DNA from: Octopus vulgaris
Lineage: Eukaryota
Direction of reading: 5' to 3'
Assembly (NCBI GenBank): GCA_951406725.2
Contig: OX597815.1
Location: forward strand, 154,132,001-154,196,000
Length of the DNA stretch: 64,000 nt
Part shown: piece after piece, positions 13,450 through 26,041 of the stretch
Layout of the letters: every line of letters begins with the position of its first letter
How positions within the stretch are numbered: the first letter of the stretch is position 1
The notes under the pieces: model-generated
Database searches by the model: none
The model's input: the letters and a program-made list of their open reading frames with translations, nothing else
What the model was told of the DNA's origin: nothing
Program-made: the position numbers and the translations under genes

Positions 13450-13994
13450 TACATTTAAACACGTAAGAGATGGCCATAACAGGACATCTAACCCGCTAGA
13501 AGGAGTAGTTAACATTCAAACCACTATTAGGGTTAGATGCTCTATTATTGCCACCTCTTGTGTGTTTAAATGCACACTGTATTTATATGAATAATATATA
13601 GTCTAGTTTTTCTATACTCTAGGCCACTGAAATTTATTAATAATAATTTTTTGGTTAATTTTGGAAGAAAATCGGCATTGTTTCTATTTCATGCCGATAA
13701 AAAACTGCACTTTCGCGGTGGATTAAAAAATAATTATAACATGCAATCACAAGGGATGTTCGCTATTGCCTGGTGCTTATATATTAATATTTGGCTTTCC
13801 TGCTGATGAGAGCTTCGCCTAGCAAATTACTTTATTTGCTAAAGAGAGCTTGAAACCGTGGTCCAGGAAGTAGATGGTAAATGTTTTCATTTTTCATTCC
13901 CTTTCGAAATTACACCTAATATTGGTTTGGATTTTAACTACTCCTTCTAGCAGGTTAACTGTCCTCTTATAGCCATCTCTTATGGGTTTAAATG
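13447..13994 (+). mobile_element. Second non-coding PLE-derived element with inverted 3' end and hammerhead
   Basis: About 13447-13523 is an imperfect reverse complement of 13922-13994 and partly of 13529-13580. (TA)n flanks; internal hammerhead. Confidence 0.7.
13797..13869 (+). ncRNA. Type I hammerhead ribozyme
   Basis: Stem I ttcctg/caggaa; CTGATGA (13803-13809); long stem II GAGCTT..TAGCAAAT/ATTTGCTA..GAGCTT; GAAA-CCGTGG-TC; cleavage after 13863. Confidence 0.85.
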
Positions 13995-14268
13995 TATATA
14001 CATACATACATATATATACATACATACATATATATACATACATACATACATATATATATATATTTAAGTAGATAAATGAATTATCTTATTACGGATAATT
14101 CGAGAGATAACCGATACCTGGGTAGCAAACTCACAACAGAAAGAACACGGCTGAAATTACGACCATAGGGCATATACTCCGTGCCTTAGTGCGGAAATTT
14201 GAAGTTTAATAGTATAAGTATAGAAAAGAATGGAGCTGAACGAAGATTTAACAAAATTCCTTTATTTT

Positions 14269-14354
14269 ATTTTCGACATATGTTTCGAAGCCTGCAAAAT
14301 CCCTAATTCCGAATGAATAAGGAGTCCATTATGCAGCTTTCTCTTCAGGAAAAT
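14269..14354 (-). ncRNA. Type I hammerhead ribozyme (inverted copy)
   Basis: Reverse-complement copy of 17962-18047 with an intact CTGAAGA / GAAA-CATATG-TC core. Confidence 0.85.
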
Positions 14355-14628
14355 CCAGGAACTTCTTTTGCCAACAAAATGCACAACAAGTTTTTAGATG
14401 ACTGTTCACGAGGAGCCCATGGCGATAATGATAAATAATGTCTATTTATAGGGGGCGAAGTCAGATTGGTTTAATGTAGGAGAAACTGGCAGTTAAAGGG
14501 TTCAAGGGTTCAATCGAGGTTGGAGAAGGGAGGTAAAGAATATTAAGTTGAGGGAATGTATTCTGTTTGACTGGTGTTTATATTTGATTTATTTTATGAA
14601 TGAGTGCTCGTATGTATGAGTGCGTATA

Positions 14629-14669
<41 letters not shown>

Positions 14670-17648
14670 TGTGAATGCGTGATTGTGTGTGTAGGAGGCT
14701 GACAGAAAATTAACAGTCAGGAGGTGAAAAGACTGTGTCTGTGTGTTCGAATGTATCAACTTAAGAGGGAGTGGGCAGAAAGAGACCACAATAGTGAAGG
14801 CAAGAGACTAGTGGACTACTTGAATTGGTAGCAGTTCTTAGCAATTATGAGAAAGTCTTATAAACTAAAGGGATGAGATATCACAAATTAATTTTGTAGG
14901 AAATCCAGTGGTTATCTATATTAGACTTCATTAGTATGAGTGAAAGGTATGCTTTTTCCAGTGTAAGCATCTGAAAGATCTCTCGACAATCGAGTTTATT
15001 ACTTGGCCTCGGGCAAACAGAATATGAAAGAGTTCGGAATTACAGAGGGCACAGATTTTTCTGCTCTTATCAAACGGTAAGGACACCGACAATATTGACC
15101 ATTCCAGCGTAAAAGTTGAATTTGCGTTCTTCAAACGCCAGACTAATTTGCTTAGCCCCGTGGTGTGCTGTTTATTCTTATCTCGGAACGTGGAAAATGG
15201 TTTGAGACCCTTGTGGCTAATTTAGAGGAGGTGGCGCCAATATAGAGGTAGACATCTGATCCAGTAGAAATTTTGCACTGGTAAGTGGTGTTTCTAATTT
15301 TGGAGTTATTTGATTAATTATGGTAAATTATGGGCTTCAAATGAAAACACAACCGTTCAACCCAAGGCAACCTAGATTCATCGTTACGGACCACAAACCA
15401 AATTTTCACACCGATCCAGCATTAAGGCTCATCTGCCCTTCTAGTTCCGACATCGGTTCCATCAGTAAGTACATTTTAGACAAATACATACCTAGATTAG
15501 TTAATAAGCTTAAGTTTAACCTTTCGGCGAGCTCCTCGCAAGTCGTAAATTGGTTTTCTTCCATTCCTAATAAAAACAGCACTAAGTTCATTCAGTTCGA
15601 TATTGCTAATTTCTACCCCTCGATAAACCCTAGTGTACTCAATAAGGCCCTATGGCACGTGCATAATAAGGCAGGCCTCACAAGGGAGGAAATTAATAAA
15701 ATTTTAGTGGCTAGAAAATCCTTTATACAGTTTGAAGATAAGTTATGGGTCCGTAAGGATACTCCCAACGAGTTCGATGTGCCAATGGAAGCTTAGATAG
15801 TGCCCAGATAGCCGATTTGGTTGGAATCTATATTCTCTATGAATTAGCTGACCAATTCCCGAACATCTGCGGCGGTCTATATCGGGACGATTGTCTTTTT
15901 TACCTACAGAATGCCCCGAACAGAAGAATACAGAAAACTAAAAATAGATTAGCTAGGTTCTTTAGTAGGATGGGCATGAACATAGTTTTCGACAACGAAC
16001 TAACTAAGGCCAATTTCTTAGATATTACCCTAAATCTGCATAGCAATTCTTACTGCCCCTACCATAAACCTTCCACAAACCTAAAATATGTCAGTTTTTT
16101 CAGTAACCACGCAAAAACTATCACAGATAAGTTAGTTAAAAATATTTCTATAAGATTATCAAACTTATCTGCCAATGTCGACATTTTTAAGCAAAAAAAG
16201 GGAACTCTATAATGCCGCCCTGTCAAAAGCCGGTTATAGGGAAAAGTATTTGCTCATCATGATAAGTTTACTTACAATAATATAAATAATATAAGTAGTG
16301 ATCGTGGCTCTAGCAATGTCGACATAAATATAGCTAACATAAATAAGTTGCGGTCCAAGGGAGACCATCGTAAGCCAAACCCATTCTTCAATACAGAGAT
16401 GCCCTCCTTAATGTAAGAGTTAACACTCCGAGCCAGTCCAAGAACAGAAAAAACTATATCTGGTTTGTGATTCCTTTTGGGAAGCAAATCGGATCTAACC
16501 TCCCTTTACAGTTTCGCCAAGCCATTGCCAGGAATTTTCCCAGAAATTCGAGATATTACTCCACTATAAATTCGCACAAAGTAAGGATTGCTTTCTCAAA
16601 TACTAAAAATCTCTCACAGATAATTGCCTCCCATAACAATAAGCTGCTAAATAAGGTCTCATCACCCATGAGCAGAGACACCGCCCTGTCAAATTCCAAC
16701 GTAACATATAGTAATAATAATAATAATAGAAATAGCACAGATATTAGCAGCCTTCATACCAGCACTGGCGTTAGCAATAGTAATAAGGATAGCAGCGTTC
16801 TTAACAACAGGAGTTTTACGGACAATAACAATCTTAGCATTCCCAGGAACAGGGAATGTCCTGGTGATATTGCCTTAAATAGTAATGAAAATAGGATGAA
16901 TAGTATCGTGCCCAAATCCAGCAGTAATTTTTACACCCATCATAGAAATAAGAACGCTTGTTAGTATCGGAAACCAATCCCAATAGATTAAGGTTCTTAT
17001 CAAATAACTCCAAAATTAGAAACACCACTTACCAGTGCAAAATTTCTACTGGATCAGATGTCTACCTCTATATTGGCGCCACCTCCTCTAAATTAGCCAC
17101 AAGGGTCTCAAACCATTTTTCCACGTTCCGAGATAAGAATAAACAGCACACCACGGGGCTAAGCAAATTAGTCTGGCGTTTGAAGAACGCAAATTCAACT
17201 TTTACGCTGGAATGGTCAATATTGTCGGTGTCCTTACCGTTTGATAAGGGCAGAAAAATCTGTGCCCTCTGTAATTCCGAACTCTTTCATATTCTGTTTG
17301 CCCGAGGCCAAGTAATAAACTCGATTGTCGAGAGATCTTTCAGATGCTTACACTGGAAAAAGCATACCTTTCACTCATACCAATGAAGTCTAATATAGAT
17401 AACCACTGGATTTCCTACAAAATTAATTTGTGATATCTCATCCCTTTAGTTTATAAGACTTTCTCATAATTGCTAAGAACTGCTACCAATTCAAGTAGTC
17501 CACTAGTCTCTTGTCTTCACTATTGTGGTCTCTTTCTGCCCACTTTCTGTCTCTTAAGTTGATACATTCGAACACACAGACACAGTCTTTTCACCTCCTG
17601 GCTGTTAATTTTCTGTCAGCCTCCTACACACACAATCACGCATTCACA

Positions 17649-17687
<39 letters not shown>

Positions 17688-17961
17688 TATACGCACTCAT
17701 ACATACGAGCACTCATTCATAAAATAAATCAAATATAAACACCAGTCAAACAGAATACATTCCCTCAACTTAATATTCTTTACCTCCCTTCTCCAACCTC
17801 GATTGAACCCTTGAATCCTTTAACTGCCAGTTTCTCCTACATTAAACCAATCTGACTTCACCCCCTATAAATAGACATTATTTATCATTATCGCTATGGG
17901 CTCCTCGTGAACAGTCATCTAAAAACCTGTTGTGCATTTTGTTAGCAAAAGAAGTTCCTGG

Positions 17962-18047
17962 ATTTTCCTGAAGAGAAAGCTGCATAATGGACTCCTTATT
18001 CATTCGGAATTAGGGATTTTGCAGACTTCGAAACATATGTCGAAAAT
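17962..18047 (+). ncRNA. Type I hammerhead ribozyme in the PLE 3' region
   Basis: Stem I attttc/gaaaat; core CTGAAGA (17968-17974); stem II GAAAGCTGCA...TGCAGACTTC; GAAA (18030-18033); palindromic minimal stem III CATATG; GUC cleavage site after 18041. Confidence 0.85.
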
Positions 18048-18097
18048 AAAATAAAGGAATTTTGTTAAATCTTCGTTCAGCTCCATTCTTTCCTGTA

Positions 18098-18168
<71 letters not shown>

Positions 18169-18574
18169 GTACGTATGTATGTACATATGTGTGTGTAGTG
18201 TATATATATATGTATATATAAATCTTTAAATACAAATATATATATACATACATACATACATACATTCACACACACACACACAGACACACATATATATATA
18301 TATACATTGATCGCAATAAGAATGAAGTAACGAATAAACAAAACTATTTCGTTTGTTTTAAAATCGATATACCGAATTTGTGGTAATTGTACATATATGA
18401 CGTTTGCAAGGAGTGAAGAATCCAGTAAAATATTTAGCGCTAAAGAAATAAAAACGTACTCATTTTCATCAATATGTGACAATTTCTAATTAAATCTGAC
18501 GCTTAACAAAAGAAAACATTTTTCTACCGATATTATTATTATTACTATTATTATCATTATCATTATTATTATTA

Positions 18575-18620
<46 letters not shown>

Positions 18621-19403
18621 GTTATTATCGTTGTTGTTGTTTTAGTTTTGGGGGGCTCCTGATAAAATTAATATAAATATTAAAGTGTATTCATTACTAG
18701 TATTGGAAATTGTTCATACTGCAAAGTAATATGATTCCACAAGTGTGTAACGGATAGAAATAAATTTTAAGGAAGTTTATATTGAATTTGCGTATTTCAT
18801 GCTATATGTTGTTTAAAAAATATATAAATATTAATTGATATATGATTTTCAAAATTAGAATATTGGTATTTTAGCCTATCGGGATGTATGAATTTAAAAC
18901 CCGACGAAAAACGTAGTAAAATCAATTAGATAGATGAAACACTGGGGAATTATACCCTTTCTGTGCATCTTAAATCTTATTTTGATATACCCTTTCTTCA
19001 TCAGGATCATGTTGCTATGGTAGCGGATATGTCATTATGTCATTTGTTGCGTAAGGCATGCACACGCGTGCTCGCACATACATATTATATATATATACGA
19101 GTGAGTAGACAAGCGAATGAAGGACAGTCAATACATTTATTGGGAGTTACATATATAGATCAAAACAGTTTGATTCAATTTGATCCTTGGTACTCTGAGT
19201 TTCAAGCAGGTGGTTACTCTTCGGACAGTGGAGTCTAAATGAGAGTTCGATTGGAGAGAGAGAATGTTTATTACTATCAGTACTTATACGAGTATGTGTG
19301 TTTAGATGCGCCTGCGTACACACGCACATAAACACATGCATTCACACACAGAGAGGAAGGCGCACACATATACATGCGCGAGCACACGTATACACACACA
19401 CAC

Positions 19404-19455
<52 letters not shown>

Positions 19456-19908
19456 ACACAAAGAATTAAATAGAAAATGTTTTTCTAAAAATTTTTCCAC
19501 TTAAGTAATTAAATGTTTATAAATCATGAGGTCCTTTTTCTGTATGTGTTAGTCACAGTCAAAGAAAAGTCTAGAAGTCTTCGTACATCATATATAAGAA
19601 ATTTTGACATCAATAAAAGATGGAGGAACAGGGAAATAAAGTGGAAAGAGAATACCACGATGATAAGAAAGTTAAGAATGCATAATGCAAAGTACTGTAT
19701 CAACCAGTAACCGAACAATAGAAACAGTTGTAAAAGCGTTTTTGCCTTTTTATTTTCTTTACGTATATATGATATTTTGTACATCATTTAACTCCATATT
19801 CCATATATGCAACTGCACGTCCATCTTTCATCTTTTATAATTTATTGTCTTCTCACATTCCATATCTCCATATATATATATATATATATATGCATACGGA
19901 TATGTATC

Positions 19909-19956
<48 letters not shown>

Positions 19957-19958
19957 AA

Positions 19959-20150
19959 TAAGTGAAAGAATGGAGTCGAACGACGATTTTAACAAAATTC
20001 CTATTTATAGTTAAAAAACACACAAATTTCCACACGAAAACACGTGATTTCTGCCCCTGGCATGTAGCTTCAACCGTGTTTTCTGACGTGAATTTGCTAC
20101 CCGGGTATCGGTTAACCGAATTGTCCATACTAGGATAATTCATTCACCTA

Positions 20151-20153
<3 letters not shown>
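19959..20153. mobile_element. Miniature relative of the 14064-18100 PLE consisting only of the two termini
   Basis: 19959-20008 resembles the inverted short end (aaagaatggag..gaacga.gattt.aacaaaattcct). 20010-20153 resembles the reverse complement of 14066-14210. (TA)n flanks. Confidence 0.7.
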
Positions 20154-20216
<63 letters not shown>

Positions 20217-20222
20217 TATATA

Positions 20223-20344
20223 GTTATTGTCGTATATGTAGAAGATTGAAGAGGAACACACAAGTTGATAGTGTATAAGGAAAATAAAACAAGGTAGGAA
20301 ATACTAAAGTGATTTATCTTTTTTACCTTGTCTTATTTTCTCTT

Positions 20345-20346
<2 letters not shown>
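20223..20346. repeat. Small asymmetric hairpin between (TA)n tracts
   Basis: 20275-20301 (ataaggaaaataaaacaaggtaggaaa) pairs imperfectly with 20319-20346; about 50 bp of unpaired left extension. Confidence 0.5.
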
Positions 20347-20380
<34 letters not shown>

Positions 20381-20496
20381 CATATATATATATGCATATA
20401 TATATATATATATATATGTATACATATATATATACATATATACATATATATATATATATGTAAACATATATATACATATATACATACATACATAAT

Positions 20497-20532
<36 letters not shown>

Positions 20533-20571
20533 AGCCTATATACATTTATGCACGTATCCCTAAATACATAT

Positions 20572-20636
<65 letters not shown>

Positions 20637-21202
20637 AGCATACATATGTCTGTGTGTGAAATAATTCTTTCTTTGAGACATTAGGTCTCGAACAACATAG
20701 ACCTAGGAATAATAGATACATCCTATTAAAATGTAACTTAATTTGCTTCGGGATCTACTGTTTTAAAACACTCGAAAGTTTATAAATTCTTATGAGATCG
20801 ACAATATATGTATAAGTGATTGTGGGTGCGTACATGTTTCTATATGTATTTGATTGTGTGTGATGTGTGTGCGTGCATGCGCGATTGCGTGTGTGCATTT
20901 TACATTTAAAAGTAATTTTTACACTGGCATGAAAGTTTCGCATGTATTTCAACATGTATAATTACCAACAATGGTATATTGAACAAACAGGCCTGACATA
21001 CCGAAGAAGACTAACTTCACATCGTCAGTAAATTAGACAGCTATGCACAAGAAAACTTCGCTCTGAATCTATGCATCAATAACTGTGAATTTTATTACTT
21101 TTTCTTGTTCATCATTCTGACGCTTCAACTAATGTTCAACAACAAATAAATAAATTTAATTTATAACTAAATATCGATCAACATTAAATGCAATATTTTA
21201 AA

Positions 21203-21233
<31 letters not shown>

Positions 21234-22216
21234 GAGATCTAGAACGAAAGAGAGACCGACTCCTTCTGCGTGACCGAGCTCGGAACTTTGATCAGCTACG
21301 TGAATGAGAGCGAGGACTGAGCCTACGTTTACGTGGTCTGTCTTTATCCGTATCATCCAATTTATCTAAGTCGTTTTTCATACCTGAATATGTGGCAAAC
21401 ACTACGATTCCCTCATTTTTGCGGTCCGTGTGTGTGTATTTGTGTGTTTGTGCTTGTCCCCCTAACATCGCTTGACAACCGATGTTGGTGTGTTTATGTC
21501 CCCGTCACCTAGCGGTTCGGCAAAAGAGTCCGATAGAATAAGTACTAGGCTTACAAAAAATAAGTCCTGGGGTAGATTTGCTTGACTAAAGGCGGTGCTC
21601 CACCATGGCCGCAGTCAAATGACTGGAACAAGTAAAAGATGCAAAAGATGTGTGTGCGCGATTACATAATATATATATTTATGGCTATGTGTGTGTATGT
21701 GTGTGTGAGAGAAAGGGAGAAGGCACATGGCTTAATGGTTTGTTGCACTTGACATTTTCCATGCTAGAGCACAGCCTTTAGTCGAGCAAATCGACCCTAG
21801 GACTTATTCTTTGTAACTCTGGTACTTATTCTATCGGTCTTTTTTGCCGAACCGCTGAGTTACGGGGACGTAAATGCAGCAGCATCGGTTGTCAAGCGAT
21901 GTTGTGGGATAAACACAGACACGCAGACATATACACATATATATACATATATACATATATACGTATATGTATATACCCAAATCCACTCTATATAAGTAAT
22001 AGTTTGAAATTTTGCCACAAGATAATCATTTTGGAGGAGGGGACAATTCGATTACATCGACCCGAGTATCCAACTAGTATTTATTATTTTATCAACCCCA
22101 AAAGGATGAAAGAAAAATTGAACCTCAGCGGAATTTGAACTCAAATAGGAGCTAAGCATCTCATCTAGCGTGCTAGTGACTCTGCCTGCCAGCACGTTGC
22201 CTTATATATATATACA

Positions 22217-23658
22217 CTAGCAGCATAGCCCGGCGTTGCCCAGGTATGTAAGAGCCCCTAGTAGGCAACGAGTAATCCCAATCTAGTCCTTTCCCTCTAG
22301 GGAACGAAGGCGCACGTGTAGGTTGCAATGTCTTCTCTTCACTCGAATACTTCTGTGTATACGATGTTCCTAGCTGTCCCTGGCGAAAACATGAAAACAT
22401 CATTGCGCCTCCCAACGCGTGAACAGCCCACGTAGAGTTGACCTTGGCGAAGCATTGTTCGCCCAAATGTAACCCAGCGACTTGTAGCGTTTGGGCTTGG
22501 GATTTATTGATGGATATTGCGAAGCAGAGTTAAACAGGAAACTGAGAACGCCTGAAGTGGATTGGTAGGTCAGTGCGCGACGGTTGAAGGTGCATGCGTG
22601 GAATGAAGACGTCCTCTCCCTTCCCACAACCGGTAAGTATTGTGGCCGTTATTAAATGTGGTGCCAAATGTTTCACAACCAGACGTGTGCCGCTGCACTG
22701 TTTAGGTGGAACCAAATTCCTGATGAGCATAATGGGCGCACCGACTTTTAACTTCAGGATGGGTGGCGGCAGGCCTGGCGGTTCAAGTGAATTCAGGAAT
22801 TCAACAGGGTAATCGGCAAGCTCGGCGGGGTCTGCTGTCCTATCTATAGATTTGTAGACGTGGACATCACCAGGAATAGCTTCAAGTAGCTGGATATTGA
22901 TGGAGTTGACGGTTGTAATTTTGGGTGCGAGAATAGCTCTGCCTGCCAGCCATTTTAGATCGCGTAAATTTTTTTGTAGATCGTGGAAGACAGCGTCCCG
23001 GAGGCTAGCAGGGGTATCGACAGTGGTGCAAAGTGAGTTAAAAAGGTCGAGTTGTGTCCCCTAGACAGTCTATGGTTTGTGTTTAATACACAAATCGGTT
23101 TGCTATGTGTGCCACATATGATTTAATTAACCGATCTTTTCCCGTAATAAAGTATCCTGTTGGAATAAAAAGGGCCATATAGCTCCTTGGAGCTCGCTGT
23201 GAATTTTAAAAAAAATTCCTGCCAATTTGTGAAAGATATTGTCGAAAATATGTCATCTTGAATTTGAACGTGATTTCCCAAAATGACATGATTTTATCGA
23301 TTTTTTTCTGATGGTAAGGTATTGCATGGAAAACTAACGTCAGAATTAAGTTTCTTACGGTAACATTAAGCTTCCCCATGAGTTTGGTGAAAATCGATTG
23401 CGAGTTGCGAAAACTACAACAGAAAATGTGTTGCCTATAAAAAGCTTAGATTCTCGACCCCATGTCGAATTTATCAATTATTTTCAGAACTGAGGGAACT
23501 TTTCAAAATTTTCGCTGCGTTAGTTTTGAATTATGACATTGGGCTATGTGTGTGTCAAGTTTCATTAGAATCGGTTCAAGCCGTGGTCAGGGTGAGGGTA
23601 CAACCTGACAGACACACAGACACACAGACAGACAAACTGCCGTTTATATAAAGAGAGA
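22217..23658 (-). mobile_element. Internally deleted Helitron carrying a PIF1-type helicase C-terminal fragment
   Basis: Minus strand A|TC at 23658 and CTAG|T at 22217 with subterminal hairpin cctgggcaacgccggg. Coding relic PVEFLNSLEPPGLPP..LKVGAPIMLIRNL..GTRL..QFPV..FAISINKSQ..NIVYTEVF. Confidence 0.88.
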
Positions 23659-23819
23659 TATATAGTAATAATAACAATAAGCTTGAGATGGATTTTGTAA
23701 GCAACTCGGTGCTACCCCCAGTATTGATTCACTGGTCAGCATCTTCAAACTGAGTGGCATAATGGTATAGGCGATTTATTTTCATACTCAAAACGTTTCC
23801 CGTCAACAAATTTAAGATA

Positions 23820-24655
23820 CAGGCACACACACGCACATATACTCCACACACACAACCCCCCACACAATCCCACTCACAGATACCCACACGCACATACACA
23901 TACATACACATACGCACACAGACGCATGCACATACACAACATATACATACACGCACACACATACATACACATACGCAAACACATGCACACACTCATACAC
24001 AGGCACATACACACACGCAGACACAGGCCCACGCACACCCGCACACGAATGCACTCATACCTAACACACACAATCCCACGCATAAACACACAACTACATG
24101 TACTCACACACGCATGCGCATGCACGCACTGCAACACGCATATACCTCCACACACAACCCCACGTTCACACACACACATACATACAAGCAAACAATAACA
24201 CATACATGGGAATATACGCACACGCACATCACGCAAAAAAACACACACGCACGCATGCACACAGGAACGCACATATACAACCCCTTCGTACAAACATACA
24301 CACACACAGACGCATGCGCACACTACATACAAAACACCCACACAACATATACGTTCACGCACACACATATATACAGACACACACACATACTTCAAACACC
24401 TTTCTACTGACCATTCCTCTATGTACGTGTGAAGAGACACCAAACTACACAAAAGACCGCCACTTCTGTTTCCATGCTGCTGAAATCTTCCTACAACATT
24501 AAGCGACACACAGTTCACTCACACATATACATATAAACAGCCAAAACCACACTCACACCACACATATAACACATACATACACATACACACACACACACAC
24601 GTGCTATTACACACACAGTCTCCCCGCTCGTACATACCCACACATACACACACCT
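23820..24655. repeat. Long degenerate (CA/TA/CG)n purine-pyrimidine tract
   Basis: About 830 bp of cacatacacgcac-type sequence. Confidence 0.95.
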
Positions 24656-24744
24656 AGCTCCTTCTCTTACACTCTCCTGTCTTTTTTTCACCTATTCCCT
24701 TCCGGTCATTTCAAAATGTAACCACATATAATAATATAATAATA

Positions 24745-25370
24745 AAAAAAATATTGTGTACAGTGTTCAGGTGCACTACAACTCATCTAAAGTGTATGTA
24801 TAGAACATAGGGTAATGTACAAGCGTCAGGAAAAGAACAGTGCATGAGTCATGACATACACATATGTGTATGAGTATGGAAAGGGACAATCAGGTGTAGT
24901 TTCGGCGGATTTCGGAAAGCATGAGGGCCTTAAAGGATGCAGTGTCATGGCAGTCAACAACTGACGCAGGCAGGTTGTTCCATGCTTCAGCAACTCTGAG
25001 CGTGAAAAAATGTCTCCGAAAGTCATGGGAGCTGTGCTGTTTTCTGACTTTGTAGGCATGTCCACGTGTGTTGGACACATGTAGATCAAAAAGGTGTTCA
25101 GTGTTGTTGTTGGTGAGGTGGTTGATAACTTTGTGGGTGTTTACCAAGTCCATCGCCAGACGCCGGAGATTCAGTGAATCCATGCCCAGGGAAACAAGGC
25201 GCTCAGAGTATGGTAGGTGTCTGATGGAGGGTATGCGTTTGGTTGCGCGTCTCTGAACAGATTCCAGGAGGTCAATGTTCTGAGCAGGATAGGGGTTCCA
25301 AACTGATGATGCGAATTCCAAGTGTTGTCGTACCATAGCTGTATACAGCTTTAAATAGATGGCTAACAAA
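24745..25370 (-). mobile_element. CR1/L2-type LINE 3' fragment
   Basis: LYTAMVRQHLEFASSVWNP, LESVQRRATK, YSERL, TRGH, FF..RV..WN.LP. Confidence 0.88.
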
Positions 25371-25609
25371 AGTCTTGCTGAGTGATGCCAAGACACCCTC
25401 GGCCTTGTGAATCATTGGCGATTTTCTTCTTCCGTCTTCCATTCTACTGGACTTCCCTTTGTTTCTGAAGAATAGCGTTGCTCGAATCTTTAAACCATCT
25501 TTTTTTCCTTATCTGAGCGTCTACTAATACTTTACATGTACCACGTCCTCGCGTTGTTGTTTTTTGTGCTTGCTCATCTTCTTTTTTTATTTACTATATA
25601 TATATATTC

Positions 25610-25943
25610 TGAGACCCCTTGGGTCACGGCACACACCATGGGATTTCACCTAGAAAGTTACCCTCCCAAGTACAAGTCAGGGCAAGGTTTTTTTATGGAA
25701 GACCAGCAGTCGTCCATGCATTCCGGCTTCCCCTCTCCACGCCACTAGTGTTATCCAAGGGAAAGGGAAAGGCTGATTCAGCTTGGCACCTGTGACGTCG
25801 CAACTCATTTCTACAGCTGAGAGGACTGGAGCAACGTGAAATAAAGTATCTTGCTCAAGAACACAACACGCAGCCCGGTCCGAGATTCGAGCTTACAACC
25901 TCACGATTGTAAGCTCAACGTTCTAACCACTGAGCCATGCACC
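25610..25943 (-). mobile_element. tRNA-derived CORE-like SINE
   Basis: Minus head ggtgcatggctcagtggttagaacg..ctcgaatctc followed by gtgttgtgttcttgagcaagatacttta. Confidence 0.75.
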
Positions 25944-25995
25944 TTCACACACACACACACATACACACACACACACACATATATATATAGTTTCT

Positions 25996-26041
<46 letters not shown>

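Larger units (their letters stand above)
14064..18100 (+). mobile_element. Penelope-like retroelement (RT plus C-terminal GIY-YIG), 5'-truncated and frameshifted, with an inverted ~1.1-kb copy of its 3' end
   Basis: RT motifs FDIANFYPSI, FDVPM, LYRDD, NFLDITL, YHKP (15320-16212). GIY-YIG-type EN TTYQCK..YLYIGAT..R..NH with CxxC and RCLH (16958-17386). About 14213-15314 is the reverse complement of 16999-18100. Flanked by (TA)n on both sides. Confidence 0.9.

Noticed and set aside
19185-19235. Minus-strand CCGAAGA...GAAACTCAGAGTA hammerhead-like string
   Set aside because: Core is mutated and stems I and II do not pair; at best a dead relic.
22400-23030. Host PIF1 helicase gene
   Set aside because: Fragmentary, with a stop and frameshift, and enclosed by Helitron termini.
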